Positions 30,916 to 41,086 of a DNA stretch of 64,000 nt are shown piece after piece (the stretch's first letter is position 1; every line of letters starts with the position of its first letter). A program made the position numbers and the translations under genes. The notes below the pieces were generated by a model. It was not told the DNA's origin. It did not search any database and worked only from the letters and a program-made list of their open reading frames with translations. The stretch is taken from positions 96,001 to 160,000 of the forward strand of contig CAWJJC010000010.1 of the NCBI GenBank assembly GCA_963843145.1. Reading direction: 5' to 3'. Source of the stretch: an uncultured delta proteobacterium. Lineage in GTDB: Bacteria > Desulfobacterota > RBG-13-43-22.

Positions 30916-32626
30916 ATGGACCCTAAAGACGTATATCTTTCCAGACCCTGGCTGAAATTCTACCCCGAAGGGGTGCCGGCCGAACCCGTTGTTCCCGACA
31001 TTTCCGTCCCGGAGCTGTTCGACCGGATTGCCGACAAATATGCCTCCAAAACGGCCCTGGTCTTTTATGGCAAAAAAATAAGCTACGCCGAACTCAAGGA
31101 ACTGGCCAACCGCTTCGCCGTGGGCCTGGCCGGCCTGGGGGTCCAAAAGGGCGACACCGTGGCCCTGTATTTGCTGAACAGCCCCCAGTACGTCATCGCC
31201 TATTTTGCCGTCCTCAAGTTGGGGGCCAAGGTAACCCCGATCAGTCCGGTGTATACCAGCATCGAAGTGAAACATCAACTCACGGACAGCGAGGCCCGGA
31301 CCGTAATCTGCCAAGACCTGTTGTACGACAACCTGGAAAAGGCCGGGATGACCCCGGACCGAGTGATCCTGACCAGCATTGCCGAATACTTGCCGGCCAT
31401 GAAGAAATGGTTCGGCAAAAGCGCCCTGGCCAAGGCCTACGGCGGGATGGAACTGCCCTCGGCCGACAAAATCAAGAGGTTGGGGATTCGCCTGTTTCAA
31501 GAACCTGATCAAGGGGAACGCTCCCCAGCCCCCGATGGTCTCCATCGATCCGCATCAGGACCTGGCCGCCCTGCCCTACACCGGCGGTACCACCGGCCTG
31601 CCCAAGGCGGCCATGTTGACCCACTATAACATGGTTTCCCTCCAGGCCCAGATCTTGAGTTTCTGGCCCATCTTCGAGGAAGGGAAGGAAACGGTCATGG
31701 CCTTCCTGCCCTTTTTTCATATCTACGGCCAGGTGGTGGTCATGCTCGGCGGACTGGCCATGGGCGCCACCCTGGTGCTGTTTACCACCCCGGATATCGA
31801 AGAAATCCTCTCGGCCATGGAACGCTACCAGGCGTCAGGATTTTACGGGGTGCCGACCCTCTTTGAATACCTGAAGGAATATGAAAAAACCGACCGGGTC
31901 AATTGGAAAAAACTCAAAATGATCGCCTGCGGCGCCGACACTTTGCACGAGTCCACCATCGAAGGTTGGGAACGGCGGACCGGCTCCCGAATCTTCGAAG
32001 GCTACGGGATGACGGAGACCACGGCGGTCAGCCACAGCACCCCCATCCACCGTCCGAAAAAGGGCTCCTTCGGGGTCCCGATACCAGGCGTCCAGGCCGC
32101 CATCGTCGACCATGAAACCGCTGACTTCATGCCGGTCGGCGAAGTGGGCGAACTGATCCTCAAAGGCCCCAACATCATGCAAGGCTACTGGAAAAGGCCG
32201 GAGAGCAACCAGGAGACCTTCCTGGAGATCGACGGACAGCGCTGGATGCGAACCGGCGATCTGGTCAGCATGGACGAGGAGGGTTACTTCCATTTCTTCG
32301 ACCGCAAGCGAGACCTGATCAAGTACAAGGGTTACTCGGTCTTCGCCCGCCATGTGGAGGAGGTCTTGTACCAGCACCCCCAGATCAAGGCCGCCGGGGT
32401 GGTCGGCGTTCCCGACCCCAAGGTGGGAAATCTGATCAAGGCCTACGTGGTCCTGGAAAGCGAGGCCCGGGGGAAAGTTTCGGAAGAGGAAATCATCGAA
32501 TTCTGCAAAGAAAAGCTGGCCCACTACAAGGTGCCCAAAATCGTCGAATTCCGAGGGGAATTGCCTAAGACCGACGTGGGCAAAGTTTCCAGAAGAGAAT
32601 TGCGGGAGGAGGCCGAGGAGGCCTGA
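30916..32626 (+). CDS. long-chain-fatty-acid--CoA ligase (FadD-like) inside the ABC operon, frameshifted near 31502
   Basis: N-part 30874..31629 (RPWLKFYP, KGDTVAL) and C-part 31535..32626 (YTGGTTGLPK, EGYGMTET, MRTGD, PKTDVGK). Confidence 0.9.
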
Positions 32627-32627
32627 T

Positions 32628-33395
32628 ATGTCCGAACCGTATCTGGAAGTCGAATCCCTGACCAAGAGTTTCGGGGGCCTCCTGGCGATCAACGATGTCT
32701 CCTTCCGCATGGAGCAGAAGGAAATCATCGGCCTCATCGGACCGAACGGGGCGGGCAAGACCACCCTGCTTCGGTTGATCAACGGCATCCTGAAACCGGA
32801 TTCGGGAAAGGTTCATTTCAAAGGGAAATCCATCGTGGGCATGAAGACCTGGGACATCGTCAACCTGGGTATCGCCTGCACCTTTCAGAACATGCGGCCC
32901 TTCCGAAGACTACCCATCATCGCCAATGTCATGGTTTCTTGCCTGTCTCCCCGGTCCATGAAACGGGGGGAGTGGGTCAAGAAGGTCGAAGCCAAGGCCA
33001 TGGATGCCCTGGAATTCGCTGGAATCTCCGACATGGCGCTGGAAAAGGCCTCCACCCTGTCCCAGGGAGATCTCAAGCGGCTGGAGGTGGCCCGGGCCAT
33101 CGCCACCGAACCTGAACTGCTGCTTTTAGATGAACCTTTCGGCGGTTTGAGCCCGGCCGAAACGGACCTGATGGCCAAGTCCATCCGAAGGCTTCACAAA
33201 GGGGGGCGCTTTGGCCGCCTGCACAGTGAAGGTCCGGCCATGATCATCGTGGAGCACAAATTACAACAGTTGATGAAGATTGTGGATCGGATTGTGGTCC
33301 TCAATTTCGGAACGCTCCTGGCGGAGGGTCCCCCGGAAGAAGTGGTAAACAATTCCCAGGTTATCGAAGCCTACTTGGGACAGGGAAACGTTTAG
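32628..33395 (+). CDS. livG: LIV-type ABC transporter ATP-binding subunit
   Basis: GPNGAGKTT, LLLDEP, VEH and VIEAYLG. Confidence 0.92.
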   Translation: MSEPYLEVESLTKSFGGLLAINDVSFRMEQKEIIGLIGPNGAGKTTLLRLINGILKPDSGKVHFKGKSIVGMKTWDIVNLGIACTFQNMRPFRRLPIIANVMVSCLSPRSMKRGEWVKKVEAKAMDALEFAGISDMALEKASTLSQGDLKRLEVARAIATEPELLLLDEPFGGLSPAETDLMAKSIRRLHKGGRFGRLHSEGPAMIIVEHKLQQLMKIVDRIVVLNFGTLLAEGPPEEVVNNSQVIEAYLGQGNV

Positions 33396-33438
33396 TCTGC
33401 CCAATAGTTTCAAACCTATTTTTTAGGTTAGTTTTTCA

Positions 33439-33520
33439 CCGTCATACCGGACCTGATCCGGTATCCAGGTTTTTTGAACCTTAAACGCCCCTGGATCCTG
33501 GTTTCAGCCAGGATGACGGG
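33439..33520. repeat. GTCAT...ATGAC REP-like element
   Basis: ccgtcataccggacctgatccggtatccag...ctggatcctggtttcagccaggatgacgg. Confidence 0.8.
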
Positions 33521-33541
33521 TAATTTAAATCGGATTAAAAA

Positions 33542-34291
33542 ATGTTGCTGCAAGTCGAACATTTGAATGTGCGTTACGAAAAGGCCGTACTCATCAATGA
33601 CCTGAACCTGTCCGTGGACGCGGGGGAACTGGTCAGCCTGGTGGGCCCCAACGGGGCCGGCAAATCCACCACCCTGCGGGCCATCACCGGTCTGGTGGCC
33701 TGGGAAAGAGAGATCAAGCGTCGCTCCACGGCCGGGGACATCTTCCTGGAGGGTACGGTGACCTTCAATGGGGAGCGGATCGACCAAGTCCCGGCCCATG
33801 AAATCGTCCGGCGGGGACTCGTGCTTTGCCCGGAACGGCGAAGACCTTTCCGGGAAATGAGCGTCCTGGATAACCTGCTGGCCGGGGCCTACCTGCAAAA
33901 GGATAAAAAGAAAACCCAGGAAGGTCTGGAAAAAATCTATGATATGTTTCCGGTTTTGAAGAGCCGCTCCGGCCAGGTTTCCGGGACCCTCTCCGGGGGG
34001 GAGCAGCAGATGCTGGCCATCGGACGGGCCCTCATGTCCGAACCCAAGCTGCTGTGCATCGACGAACCCTCCACCGGTCTGGCTCCCCTGATGCGCAAGG
34101 AGGTTTTCGATAAAATTTCGGAGATCAACCGCCTGGGCATCACCGTGCTCCTGGTGGAGCAGGAAGTGAGTACCGTCTTCCAAATGGCCATCCGCAATTA
34201 CGTGCTTTCCTCGGGTAAGATCATCGCCGAGGGCACCGGGCAGCAACTCCTCCAAGACGAGGTCCTCCGCAAGACTTATCTGGGATTTTAA
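33542..34291 (+). CDS. livF: LIV-type ABC transporter ATP-binding subunit
   Basis: GPNGAGKST, LSGGEQQMLAIGRALM, IDEPSTGLAP and LVEQ. Confidence 0.93.
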   Translation: MLLQVEHLNVRYEKAVLINDLNLSVDAGELVSLVGPNGAGKSTTLRAITGLVAWEREIKRRSTAGDIFLEGTVTFNGERIDQVPAHEIVRRGLVLCPERRRPFREMSVLDNLLAGAYLQKDKKKTQEGLEKIYDMFPVLKSRSGQVSGTLSGGEQQMLAIGRALMSEPKLLCIDEPSTGLAPLMRKEVFDKISEINRLGITVLLVEQEVSTVFQMAIRNYVLSSGKIIAEGTGQQLLQDEVLRKTYLGF

Positions 34292-34350
34292 GTCCGTCTT
34301 TCCCCCCGCCGGAGAACCCCGATCATTATTTTATTCCATCTTGGATTCCA

Positions 34351-34386
34351 GGGAAGGACGCGCTTTGAAAGGTTGTTCGTCCTTTT
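34351..34386 (+). terminator. possible intrinsic terminator of the ABC operon
   Basis: Stem ggaaggacg...cgtcctttt with a short T run, 60 nt after the livF stop. Confidence 0.4.
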
Positions 34387-34672
34387 AGGTGGGTGGCCAC
34401 AACATCTGGCCGATTAACCTAGGATTGGGTCTCTGTAGCCGTTGGGCCGCGGAAAAAGGGTTTTCTCCCTCAGGCGGGACTTTTTAGGTTCAAACCCGGC
34501 CCCTGTGTTTTTAAATCTCCTCAGAGGCAGGGCCAGCCGGGGAAGCATCAAAAGACTCAGTGTTTGGGCCTGCTTTAAATAAAATTGGCAAGTTAGGCCC
34601 GGATTCGGAGTCCGGAGTACCTTCGGAAACCCCTTTTTCCGAGGCCCAACGGCCCCGTAGCAGATCTGGGGA
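34386..34672 (+). ncRNA. candidate structured RNA or 5' leader of unknown family
   Basis: An approximately 26-bp long-range stem (34438-34464 with 34628-34653) encloses further hairpins. G-U pairs favour the + strand. No family recognised. Confidence 0.35.
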
Positions 34673-34730
34673 ATACCAACCCAAAAAGACGAAGTGTAAC
34701 TAAAAAAACCAAAAAGCGAAGGATCAAGCC

Positions 34731-36515
34731 ATGTCCCATTTTAGAGTGAACGAAAAGGATCTTTTTTTTATTTTGAAAAGCCAGTTGAATTACGGCAGTC
34801 TGTGCCGCTTGGACCGTTACCGGGAGCTGGATGAAGACACCTTGGACCTGCTGGTCAAGGAGGCTCTGAAATATGCCCGGACTGAAATTGCCCCACTCCA
34901 GGAGATCGGGGAAAACTGGGGGGTGGTCTTCGACCAGGGGGCGGTTCGCTGTGCTCCCGAGTTCAAACAGGCTTTCCGGCAATACGGTGAAAACGGCTGG
35001 ATTGCCGCGGCCCGGGCCCCGGAATACGGTGGCCAAGGATTTCCCCACATGACGCGCATCGTCATTAACGACCTGATGTATGGGGCTTGCCAGGCCTTTA
35101 ACATGGCCCCCAGCCTGACCCATGGGGCTGCTCACCTGATCGAAAACTTCGGGAGCCGGGAACTAAAGGAACGCTTTGTGCCGTCCATGTTCAGCGGGCA
35201 ATGGGCCGGGACCATGGCCCTCACCGAACCACAAGCCGGCTCCAACCTGGCCGCCATCCGGACCACCGCCATGCCCGAAGGCGAGCACTACCGGATCAAG
35301 GGCTCCAAGATCTTCATCTCCTGGGGAGACCACGACCTGACGGAAAACATCATTCACCTGGTCCTGGCCCGCATCGAAGGGGCGCCCGAAGGCGTCAAGG
35401 GCATTTCGCTGTTCGTCGTTCCCAAGGTCCGGATCAACCCGGACGGTTCCCTCGGGCAACCAAATGACGTGGTCTGCGGCGGCGTCGAAAAAAAACTGGG
35501 TCTCCACGCCTCGCCTACCTGTCAGTTGCTTTTCGGGGAACAAGACGGGTGTATCGGCTATCTGTGCGGCGAAGAAAACAACGGCCTGGCCCACATGTTC
35601 CAGATGATGAACGCCGCCCGTATCAATACCGGCGTGAGCGGAATGACCCTGGCCGGCAGCGCCTATCTCAACGCCCTGGCCTATGCTCGGGAGCGGATCC
35701 AGGGCTCGGATCTGGCCGGTCGCAAACCGGGCTTTGTCCCGATCATCGACCACCCCGACGTGCGGCGCATGCTGCTTTGGATGAAGGCTTCGGTGGATGG
35801 AATGCGTTCCATGATATACACCGGGGCCTACTGGTCGGACCTGGCTCTGGAGCTGCCCGAAGGGGAAGAGAAGAAACATTACCAGGCCCTGGTGGATTTT
35901 CTAACCCCGATCATCAAGGCCTACTGCTCGGATATGGGCTTTCGGGTCTGTGAAACCGCTATCCAGTGCCTGGGCGGCTATGGATTTTGCCGCGAGTACC
36001 CCCTGGAACAATACTTAAGAGATTCAAAGATCATGTCCCTTTACGAGGGTACCAACGGCATTCAGTCCGTCGACCTGCTGGGAAGAAAGATGCGGTTGAA
36101 TGGCGGGGCGCTGTTCAAGGCCTTCCTGTCCGAGATTCAGGAGTTCTGTAGGAAACATTCCTCCCAGCCCGTCCTTGGGTCGGAAATCCAGGCCCTGGCC
36201 AAGGCCGTGGAGCGATTGGCCGAAACCGCCCGTACACTGGCTGAAAAGATGAAAACCGATCCGCTCCAGTGGGCCTCCTATACCTACCCGGCCCTGCTGT
36301 GCTTTGGCGATATTACCATGGTCTGGCGACTCCTCGACCTGGCGGTCATCGCCCAGGAACAGATAGACTCCGGCAAGGGCACTGATTTTCTCTCCGGAAA
36401 AGTGGCTCAAGCCACCTACTTCACCGGGACGACCTTGCCGCTGACCCTGGCCCGGCTGGAGACCTGTCTGCGGTCCGGGCGGGAGGTAGTGGATATGCCG
36501 GAAGGGGCTTTCTAA
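34731..36515 (+). CDS. acyl-CoA dehydrogenase (long type, DmdC/FadE5-like)
   Basis: [45 protein letters not shown] and YEGTNGIQ. Confidence 0.93.
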   Translation: MSHFRVNEKDLFFILKSQLNYGSLCRLDRYRELDEDTLDLLVKEALKYARTEIAPLQEIGENWGVVFDQGAVRCAPEFKQAFRQYGENGWIAAARAPEYGGQGFPHMTRIVINDLMYGACQAFNMAPSLTHGAAHLIENFGSRELKERFVPSMFSGQWAGTMALTEPQAGSNLAAIRTTAMPEGEHYRIKGSKIFISWGDHDLTENIIHLVLARIEGAPEGVKGISLFVVPKVRINPDGSLGQPNDVVCGGVEKKLGLHASPTCQLLFGEQDGCIGYLCGEENNGLAHMFQMMNAARINTGVSGMTLAGSAYLNALAYARERIQGSDLAGRKPGFVPIIDHPDVRRMLLWMKASVDGMRSMIYTGAYWSDLALELPEGEEKKHYQALVDFLTPIIKAYCSDMGFRVCETAIQCLGGYGFCREYPLEQYLRDSKIMSLYEGTNGIQSVDLLGRKMRLNGGALFKAFLSEIQEFCRKHSSQPVLGSEIQALAKAVERLAETARTLAEKMKTDPLQWASYTYPALLCFGDITMVWRLLDLAVIAQEQIDSGKGTDFLSGKVAQATYFTGTTLPLTLARLETCLRSGREVVDMPEGAF

Positions 36516-36545
36516 TACGAAAATTGAGACGAAACGGAAAAATAA

Positions 36546-37994
36546 ATGGCCTTAAAAACAGGGGCGGAATACCTCGATTCCATCGAATCTTATGGGCTAG
36601 CGGCCCACATCCTGGGAAAAGAAACCAGCGACCTGACCGAACACGGCCTGGTCCAACCCTCCCGGCAGGCGGTGGCCTTTACCTATGATGCCGCCCACCA
36701 ATCGGAAACCCGGGATCTGTTCTGCGTCGAGTCACCGCTGTGTCAGGATACCGTGAACCGCTTCACCCATATTCACCAAAGCACGGAAGACCTGATCAAC
36801 AAAGTCAAGATGCAGCGCTACTGCGGCGTTCAGACCGCCTGCTGTTTTCAACGCTGCGTTGGACTGGACGCGGCCAACGCCATCTTCAGCACCACCTTTG
36901 ACTGCGACCGGAAGCACGGGACTTCCTATCACCAACGTTTCAGGGACTACTGGAAATCGATCCAGCAACAGGATCTGTTGGTGGACGGGGCCATGACCGA
37001 TCCCAAAGGGGACCGGGGGAAGCGCCCCAAGGACCAGCAGGACCCGGACCTGTACCTGCGGATCAAGGAACGCCGGTCGGGGGGCGTGGTGATCAGCGGG
37101 GCCAAACTCCATCAAACCGGCATGCTCAATTCCCACGAGATACTGGTCATGCCCACCCTGACGATGCGGGCGGGGGAAGAGGACTGGGCGGTCTGCTGCG
37201 CGGTTCCCACCAATGCCGAGGGCGTCCGGCACATCTACGGACGGCAGACCAGCGATACCCGGAAACTGGAAGCCTTTCCACTGGACAAGGGCAATCCCAC
37301 CTATGGCGGCCAGGAAGTGATGACCGTTTTTGAGGATGTATTTATCCCCGACGAACGCCTTTTCCTTAACGGGGAAGTCGATTTCTCCGGAATCCTGGTC
37401 GAGCGGTTCGCCTCCTATCACCGGCAGAGCTACGGGGGCTGCAAAGTCGGGGTAGGCGACGTCCTCATCGGAGCTGCGGCCTTGATCGCCCGGATGAACG
37501 GCGTATCGGAGGCCAGCCACATTAAGGATAAAATCGTGGAAATGATCCAGCTCAATGAAACGATCTATGCCTGCGGACTGGCCTGTTCCGCCACCGGTGA
37601 AAAGACCCCGGCCGGAAATTACCAGGTTAACCTGCTCCTGGCCAACGTCTGCAAGCTGAATGTCACCCGCTTCCCTTTCGAACTGGCCCGGCTGGCTACG
37701 GACATCGCCGGCGGCCTCCTGGGGACCATGCCTTCGGCCGCGGATCTGGATGACCCGGTGACCGGTCCCTATATCCAGAAATACCTGGCCGCCTCTCCGG
37801 GCAGTCGGGTGGTCGACCGCATGAAGGTGCTGCGCCTGATCGAAAACCTGGTGGCCGGCGCCGGAGCCGTGGGCTATCTCATCGAGTCCATGCACGGGGC
37901 CGGGCCCCCCATGGCCCAGCGGATCATGATCGGCCGTCAGGCCGACCTCGAGGGCAAGATCAGCCGGGTCGAGAAACTGCTGGGTTTGGTATGA
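36546..37994 (+). CDS. abfD: 4-hydroxybutyryl-CoA dehydratase / vinylacetyl-CoA isomerase-like FAD/[4Fe-4S] enzyme
   Basis: Cluster ligands in CFQRC and HRQSYGGC; GAMTDPKGDR, GAKLHQTG and ESMHGAG. Confidence 0.85.
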   Translation: MALKTGAEYLDSIESYGLAAHILGKETSDLTEHGLVQPSRQAVAFTYDAAHQSETRDLFCVESPLCQDTVNRFTHIHQSTEDLINKVKMQRYCGVQTACCFQRCVGLDAANAIFSTTFDCDRKHGTSYHQRFRDYWKSIQQQDLLVDGAMTDPKGDRGKRPKDQQDPDLYLRIKERRSGGVVISGAKLHQTGMLNSHEILVMPTLTMRAGEEDWAVCCAVPTNAEGVRHIYGRQTSDTRKLEAFPLDKGNPTYGGQEVMTVFEDVFIPDERLFLNGEVDFSGILVERFASYHRQSYGGCKVGVGDVLIGAAALIARMNGVSEASHIKDKIVEMIQLNETIYACGLACSATGEKTPAGNYQVNLLLANVCKLNVTRFPFELARLATDIAGGLLGTMPSAADLDDPVTGPYIQKYLAASPGSRVVDRMKVLRLIENLVAGAGAVGYLIESMHGAGPPMAQRIMIGRQADLEGKISRVEKLLGLV

Positions 37995-39109
37995 GCATGC
38001 TCTTCCAACCTTTTCCCCTAAAAAATTTAACCTTGCCTAACCGGTTTGTCCGGTCCGCCACTTATGACGGAATGTCTGGAAAAAACGGCCGGGTTACCTC
38101 CGAACAAATCCAAATGGTGGAGGATCTGGCCAAGGGCGGAGTAGGCCTGATCATTTTGGGCATTGCCTATGTGCAGGCCTCCGGTCAAATTTCAGTCTTC
38201 CAAAATTCTCTGGCCGACGACGATTGTATCCCGGGCTTCCGGAATTTGGCTGAAACCGCTCACGAACACGGCGCTAAAATTGCCGTCCAGTTGTTTCATG
38301 CCGGCAGGGAAACGGCCAAGGCCTTTAAACCCCATCGCAAGCAGGCCCTGGCCCCAGCCATCATCACCGATGACCCTTACTTCCAAGGGGCCTACCGGGC
38401 CATGACTGAGGAAGAAATCCTGGAGGTCATCGGGGCTTTCGGCGAGGCCGCCGGCCGAGCCCAAGAAGCCGGGCTGGATGCGGTTCAGGTCCACGGGGCC
38501 CATGCCTATCTGCTGAGCCAGTTCCTGTCCCCTTTCACCAACCGGCGGACCGATGCCTGGGGCGGGGACCTGGAAAACCGCCTGCGCCTTCACCGCGAAA
38601 TCCTGGGGGCCATCAGGTCCCGGGTAGGTGAAGCCTATCCAGTCCTGCTCAAGATCGGGGTCCAGGACGGGTTTCCCGGCGGACTGGAATTCCCTGAAGG
38701 GAAACAGGCCGCGCTTCGCCTGGCCCAGTGGGGCTACGACTCTTTGGAAATCAGCTCCGGACTGAGGGGCCAGGGGTATGATAACGCCGAATTCAAGACC
38801 CGCATCACCCGGCTGGACCGCGAAGCGTATTTCAGATCCTGGACCCGGGAAATAAAATCGGAAGTACCGGTCCCGGTCATGATGGTCGGAGGGATGCGGA
38901 CGCCGGCACTCATGGAAGAAGTGATTCAAAACGGCGAGGCCGACCTGATCTCCCTCAGCCGGCCACTCATCAAAGAACCGGCGATTATCAAAGACTGGCA
39001 AAACGGCGACCTCCACCGAGCCACCTGCATCTCCTGCAACAAATGCTTCGAGGCCCTGCTGAAGGGGGAGGCCCTGCGCTGTGTCTTTCACGAGGAAACC
39101 GGTCGGTAG
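37991..39109 (+). CDS. NADH:flavin oxidoreductase (old yellow enzyme family)
   Basis: NRFVRSAT, QLFHAG, HGAHAYLLSQFLSP, NRRTDAWGG and C-terminal CISCNKC. Confidence 0.92.
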   Translation: MSMLFQPFPLKNLTLPNRFVRSATYDGMSGKNGRVTSEQIQMVEDLAKGGVGLIILGIAYVQASGQISVFQNSLADDDCIPGFRNLAETAHEHGAKIAVQLFHAGRETAKAFKPHRKQALAPAIITDDPYFQGAYRAMTEEEILEVIGAFGEAAGRAQEAGLDAVQVHGAHAYLLSQFLSPFTNRRTDAWGGDLENRLRLHREILGAIRSRVGEAYPVLLKIGVQDGFPGGLEFPEGKQAALRLAQWGYDSLEISSGLRGQGYDNAEFKTRITRLDREAYFRSWTREIKSEVPVPVMMVGGMRTPALMEEVIQNGEADLISLSRPLIKEPAIIKDWQNGDLHRATCISCNKCFEALLKGEALRCVFHEETGR

Positions 39110-39141
39110 ATTCGTAGCACCCTGATACTGGCGTGCTCTTT

Positions 39142-39280
39142 AAATTCGAAATCCGAAGCACGAAATCCGAAATAAGCACGAAGGTCCAAAAATCCAAAAG
39201 ATCAAAACAAAGACGTTTCGAATTTTGAAATTTGGTCATTTGAATTTGTTTCGGATTTCGATATTCGGATTTCGGATTTG
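39142..39280. repeat. AAATCCG/TTCGGAT heptamer element, copy 3
   Basis: aaattcgaaatccgaagcacgaaatccgaaa...ggtcatttgaatttgtttcggatttcgatattcggatttcggattt. Confidence 0.8.
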
Positions 39281-39298
39281 AACTAAAAGGAGATTGAC

Positions 39299-40882
39299 AT
39301 GGGTAGTGGAAAGCACGATTTAGATCAAGGCTGGTTGTCGGAGGTCGAGGAACTTCGCCTTCGGGAACGTCTGGCGACCCAGATGGGCGGGGAGGAAAAC
39401 CTGGCCCGCCATCGGGCGGCCGGTCGTTTGAACGTCCGGGAGCGGATCGATCGTTTGCTGGATAAAGGCAGCTTCCACGAAACCGGCGCCATCACCGGGG
39501 TTCCCACCTGGAAGGAAGACCGCTTGGTCAAATTATTTCCCTCCAATTTTGTCCTGGGGACCGGGCGGATCGATCGGCGCCGGGTAGTGGTGGGGGCCGA
39601 CGACTTTACCATTCGCGGCGGAGCGGCCGATGCCGCCATCGGACACAAGGCGGCCTACGCCGAACGGATGGCCCTGGATCTTCGCCTGCCCATGATCCGC
39701 CTGGTGGACGGTACCGGAGGTGGAGGAAGCGTTAAATTTCTGGAGCAGATGGATCGCACCTACGTGCCTTACAACCCGGGCATGGACACCATGGCCGAGT
39801 TGCTTTCCACCGTGCCGGTAGTCAGCGCCGCCCTGGGATCGGTGGCCGGTCTGGGCGCGGCCCGGGTGGTCTTTTCCCATTTCTCGGTCATGCCCCGCAA
39901 AACGGCCCAGCTCTTTGTAGCCGGACCACCGGTGGTGGAACCGGCGCTGGGCCGGAAAGTGGGTAAGGAGGAACTCGGCGGGTCCCAAATCCAGACCGGC
40001 GGCTTCGGCGCCGTGGACAACGAGGTGGCCACCGAAGAAGAAGCCTTTGATCAGGTCCGCCGTTTTCTTTCCTACCTGCCGGATTCGGTCTATGAACTTC
40101 CTCCGGTTCAGGCGTCTTCCGATCCGGTCGACCGCCGCGAGGAGGAACTGATCCGCATCATCCCTAAAAACAAACGCCGACCCTACCCGGTGCGCCGCAT
40201 CCTGACGCTGGTGCTGGACCAGGGATCGTTTTTCGAGATCGGGGCCAAACATGGCCGTTCGGTGGTCACCGGCCTGGGTAGGCTGTCCGGCCGGCCGGTG
40301 GGGGTTTTCGCCCACGATTCCAACTTTTTCGGCGGCGCCATCACCGCCCAAGGGGCCGACAAGCTGGTTCGCTTCATCGATCTTTGCGACACCTTCCACC
40401 TGCCGGTGGTCAATTTTGTGGACAACCCGGGCTTCATGATCGGGGTGGAGGCGGAGAAACAGGGCACCATCCGCTTCGGGGCCCGCTACATCTTTGCCGT
40501 CTACCAGGCTACGGTCCCCTGGTGTTCCATCATCCTCCGGCGGGTCTACGGAGTCGCCGGAGCGGCCCATGGCAACCATTCCCGTCTCAACCTGCGTTAC
40601 GCCTGGCCTTCGGGCGAATGGGGCTCCCTGCCCATCGAGGGGGGCGTGCAGGCGGCCTACCGCCGACAGATCGAAGCCTCCGAAGATCCTCAGGCCCTGC
40701 GCCAGGAAATCGAGCAGCGTCTGTCGAAGTTCACCTCCCCCTTCCTGACCGCCGAGAAGTTCGGCATTGAGGAGATCATCGACCCTCGCGACACCCGGCC
40801 GCTGCTCTGCGAATGGGTTGAAAATGCCTACCGCCTGCTGCCCAGCCAGTTGGGGCCGAAAAAACGGGGTATGCGTCCTTAA
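39299..40882 (+). CDS. acyl-CoA carboxylase/decarboxylase carboxyltransferase subunit
   Basis: RERIDRLLDKGSF, DDFTIRGG, LFVAGPPVV, FVDNPGFMIG and IIDPRDTR. Confidence 0.92.
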   Translation: MGSGKHDLDQGWLSEVEELRLRERLATQMGGEENLARHRAAGRLNVRERIDRLLDKGSFHETGAITGVPTWKEDRLVKLFPSNFVLGTGRIDRRRVVVGADDFTIRGGAADAAIGHKAAYAERMALDLRLPMIRLVDGTGGGGSVKFLEQMDRTYVPYNPGMDTMAELLSTVPVVSAALGSVAGLGAARVVFSHFSVMPRKTAQLFVAGPPVVEPALGRKVGKEELGGSQIQTGGFGAVDNEVATEEEAFDQVRRFLSYLPDSVYELPPVQASSDPVDRREEELIRIIPKNKRRPYPVRRILTLVLDQGSFFEIGAKHGRSVVTGLGRLSGRPVGVFAHDSNFFGGAITAQGADKLVRFIDLCDTFHLPVVNFVDNPGFMIGVEAEKQGTIRFGARYIFAVYQATVPWCSIILRRVYGVAGAAHGNHSRLNLRYAWPSGEWGSLPIEGGVQAAYRRQIEASEDPQALRQEIEQRLSKFTSPFLTAEKFGIEEIIDPRDTRPLLCEWVENAYRLLPSQLGPKKRGMRP

Positions 40883-41086
40883 CCCAAAGTTTTTTTCTGC
40901 AGGTCGGAGGTTTGCCGGTCAAAAAGTGGTTTGTGCTAGAAGTCAGGAAGAAATCTCTCGCCCGCTGCGTTCTCTGTGGTCTCTGTGAGAGATTGCCCTT
41001 GTCTTTTTCCGCGGATTTCGAATTTCGTTGCGGCTATGCTGCTCTGAGTGGGTCCGTGGCAAGAAATTATAGAAAAGGAGTTCATT

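Noticed and set aside
34386-34672. Retron msr-msd, 6S RNA, tmRNA or RNase P identity for the structured region
   Set aside because: No reverse transcriptase is in the window and I could not find the conserved motifs of those RNAs, so it is left as unknown.
36546-37994. 4-hydroxyphenylacetate 3-monooxygenase (HpaB) call
   Set aside because: Same fold family, but the CFQRC and HRQSYGGC Fe-S ligands indicate AbfD-type chemistry, and the context is anaerobic.
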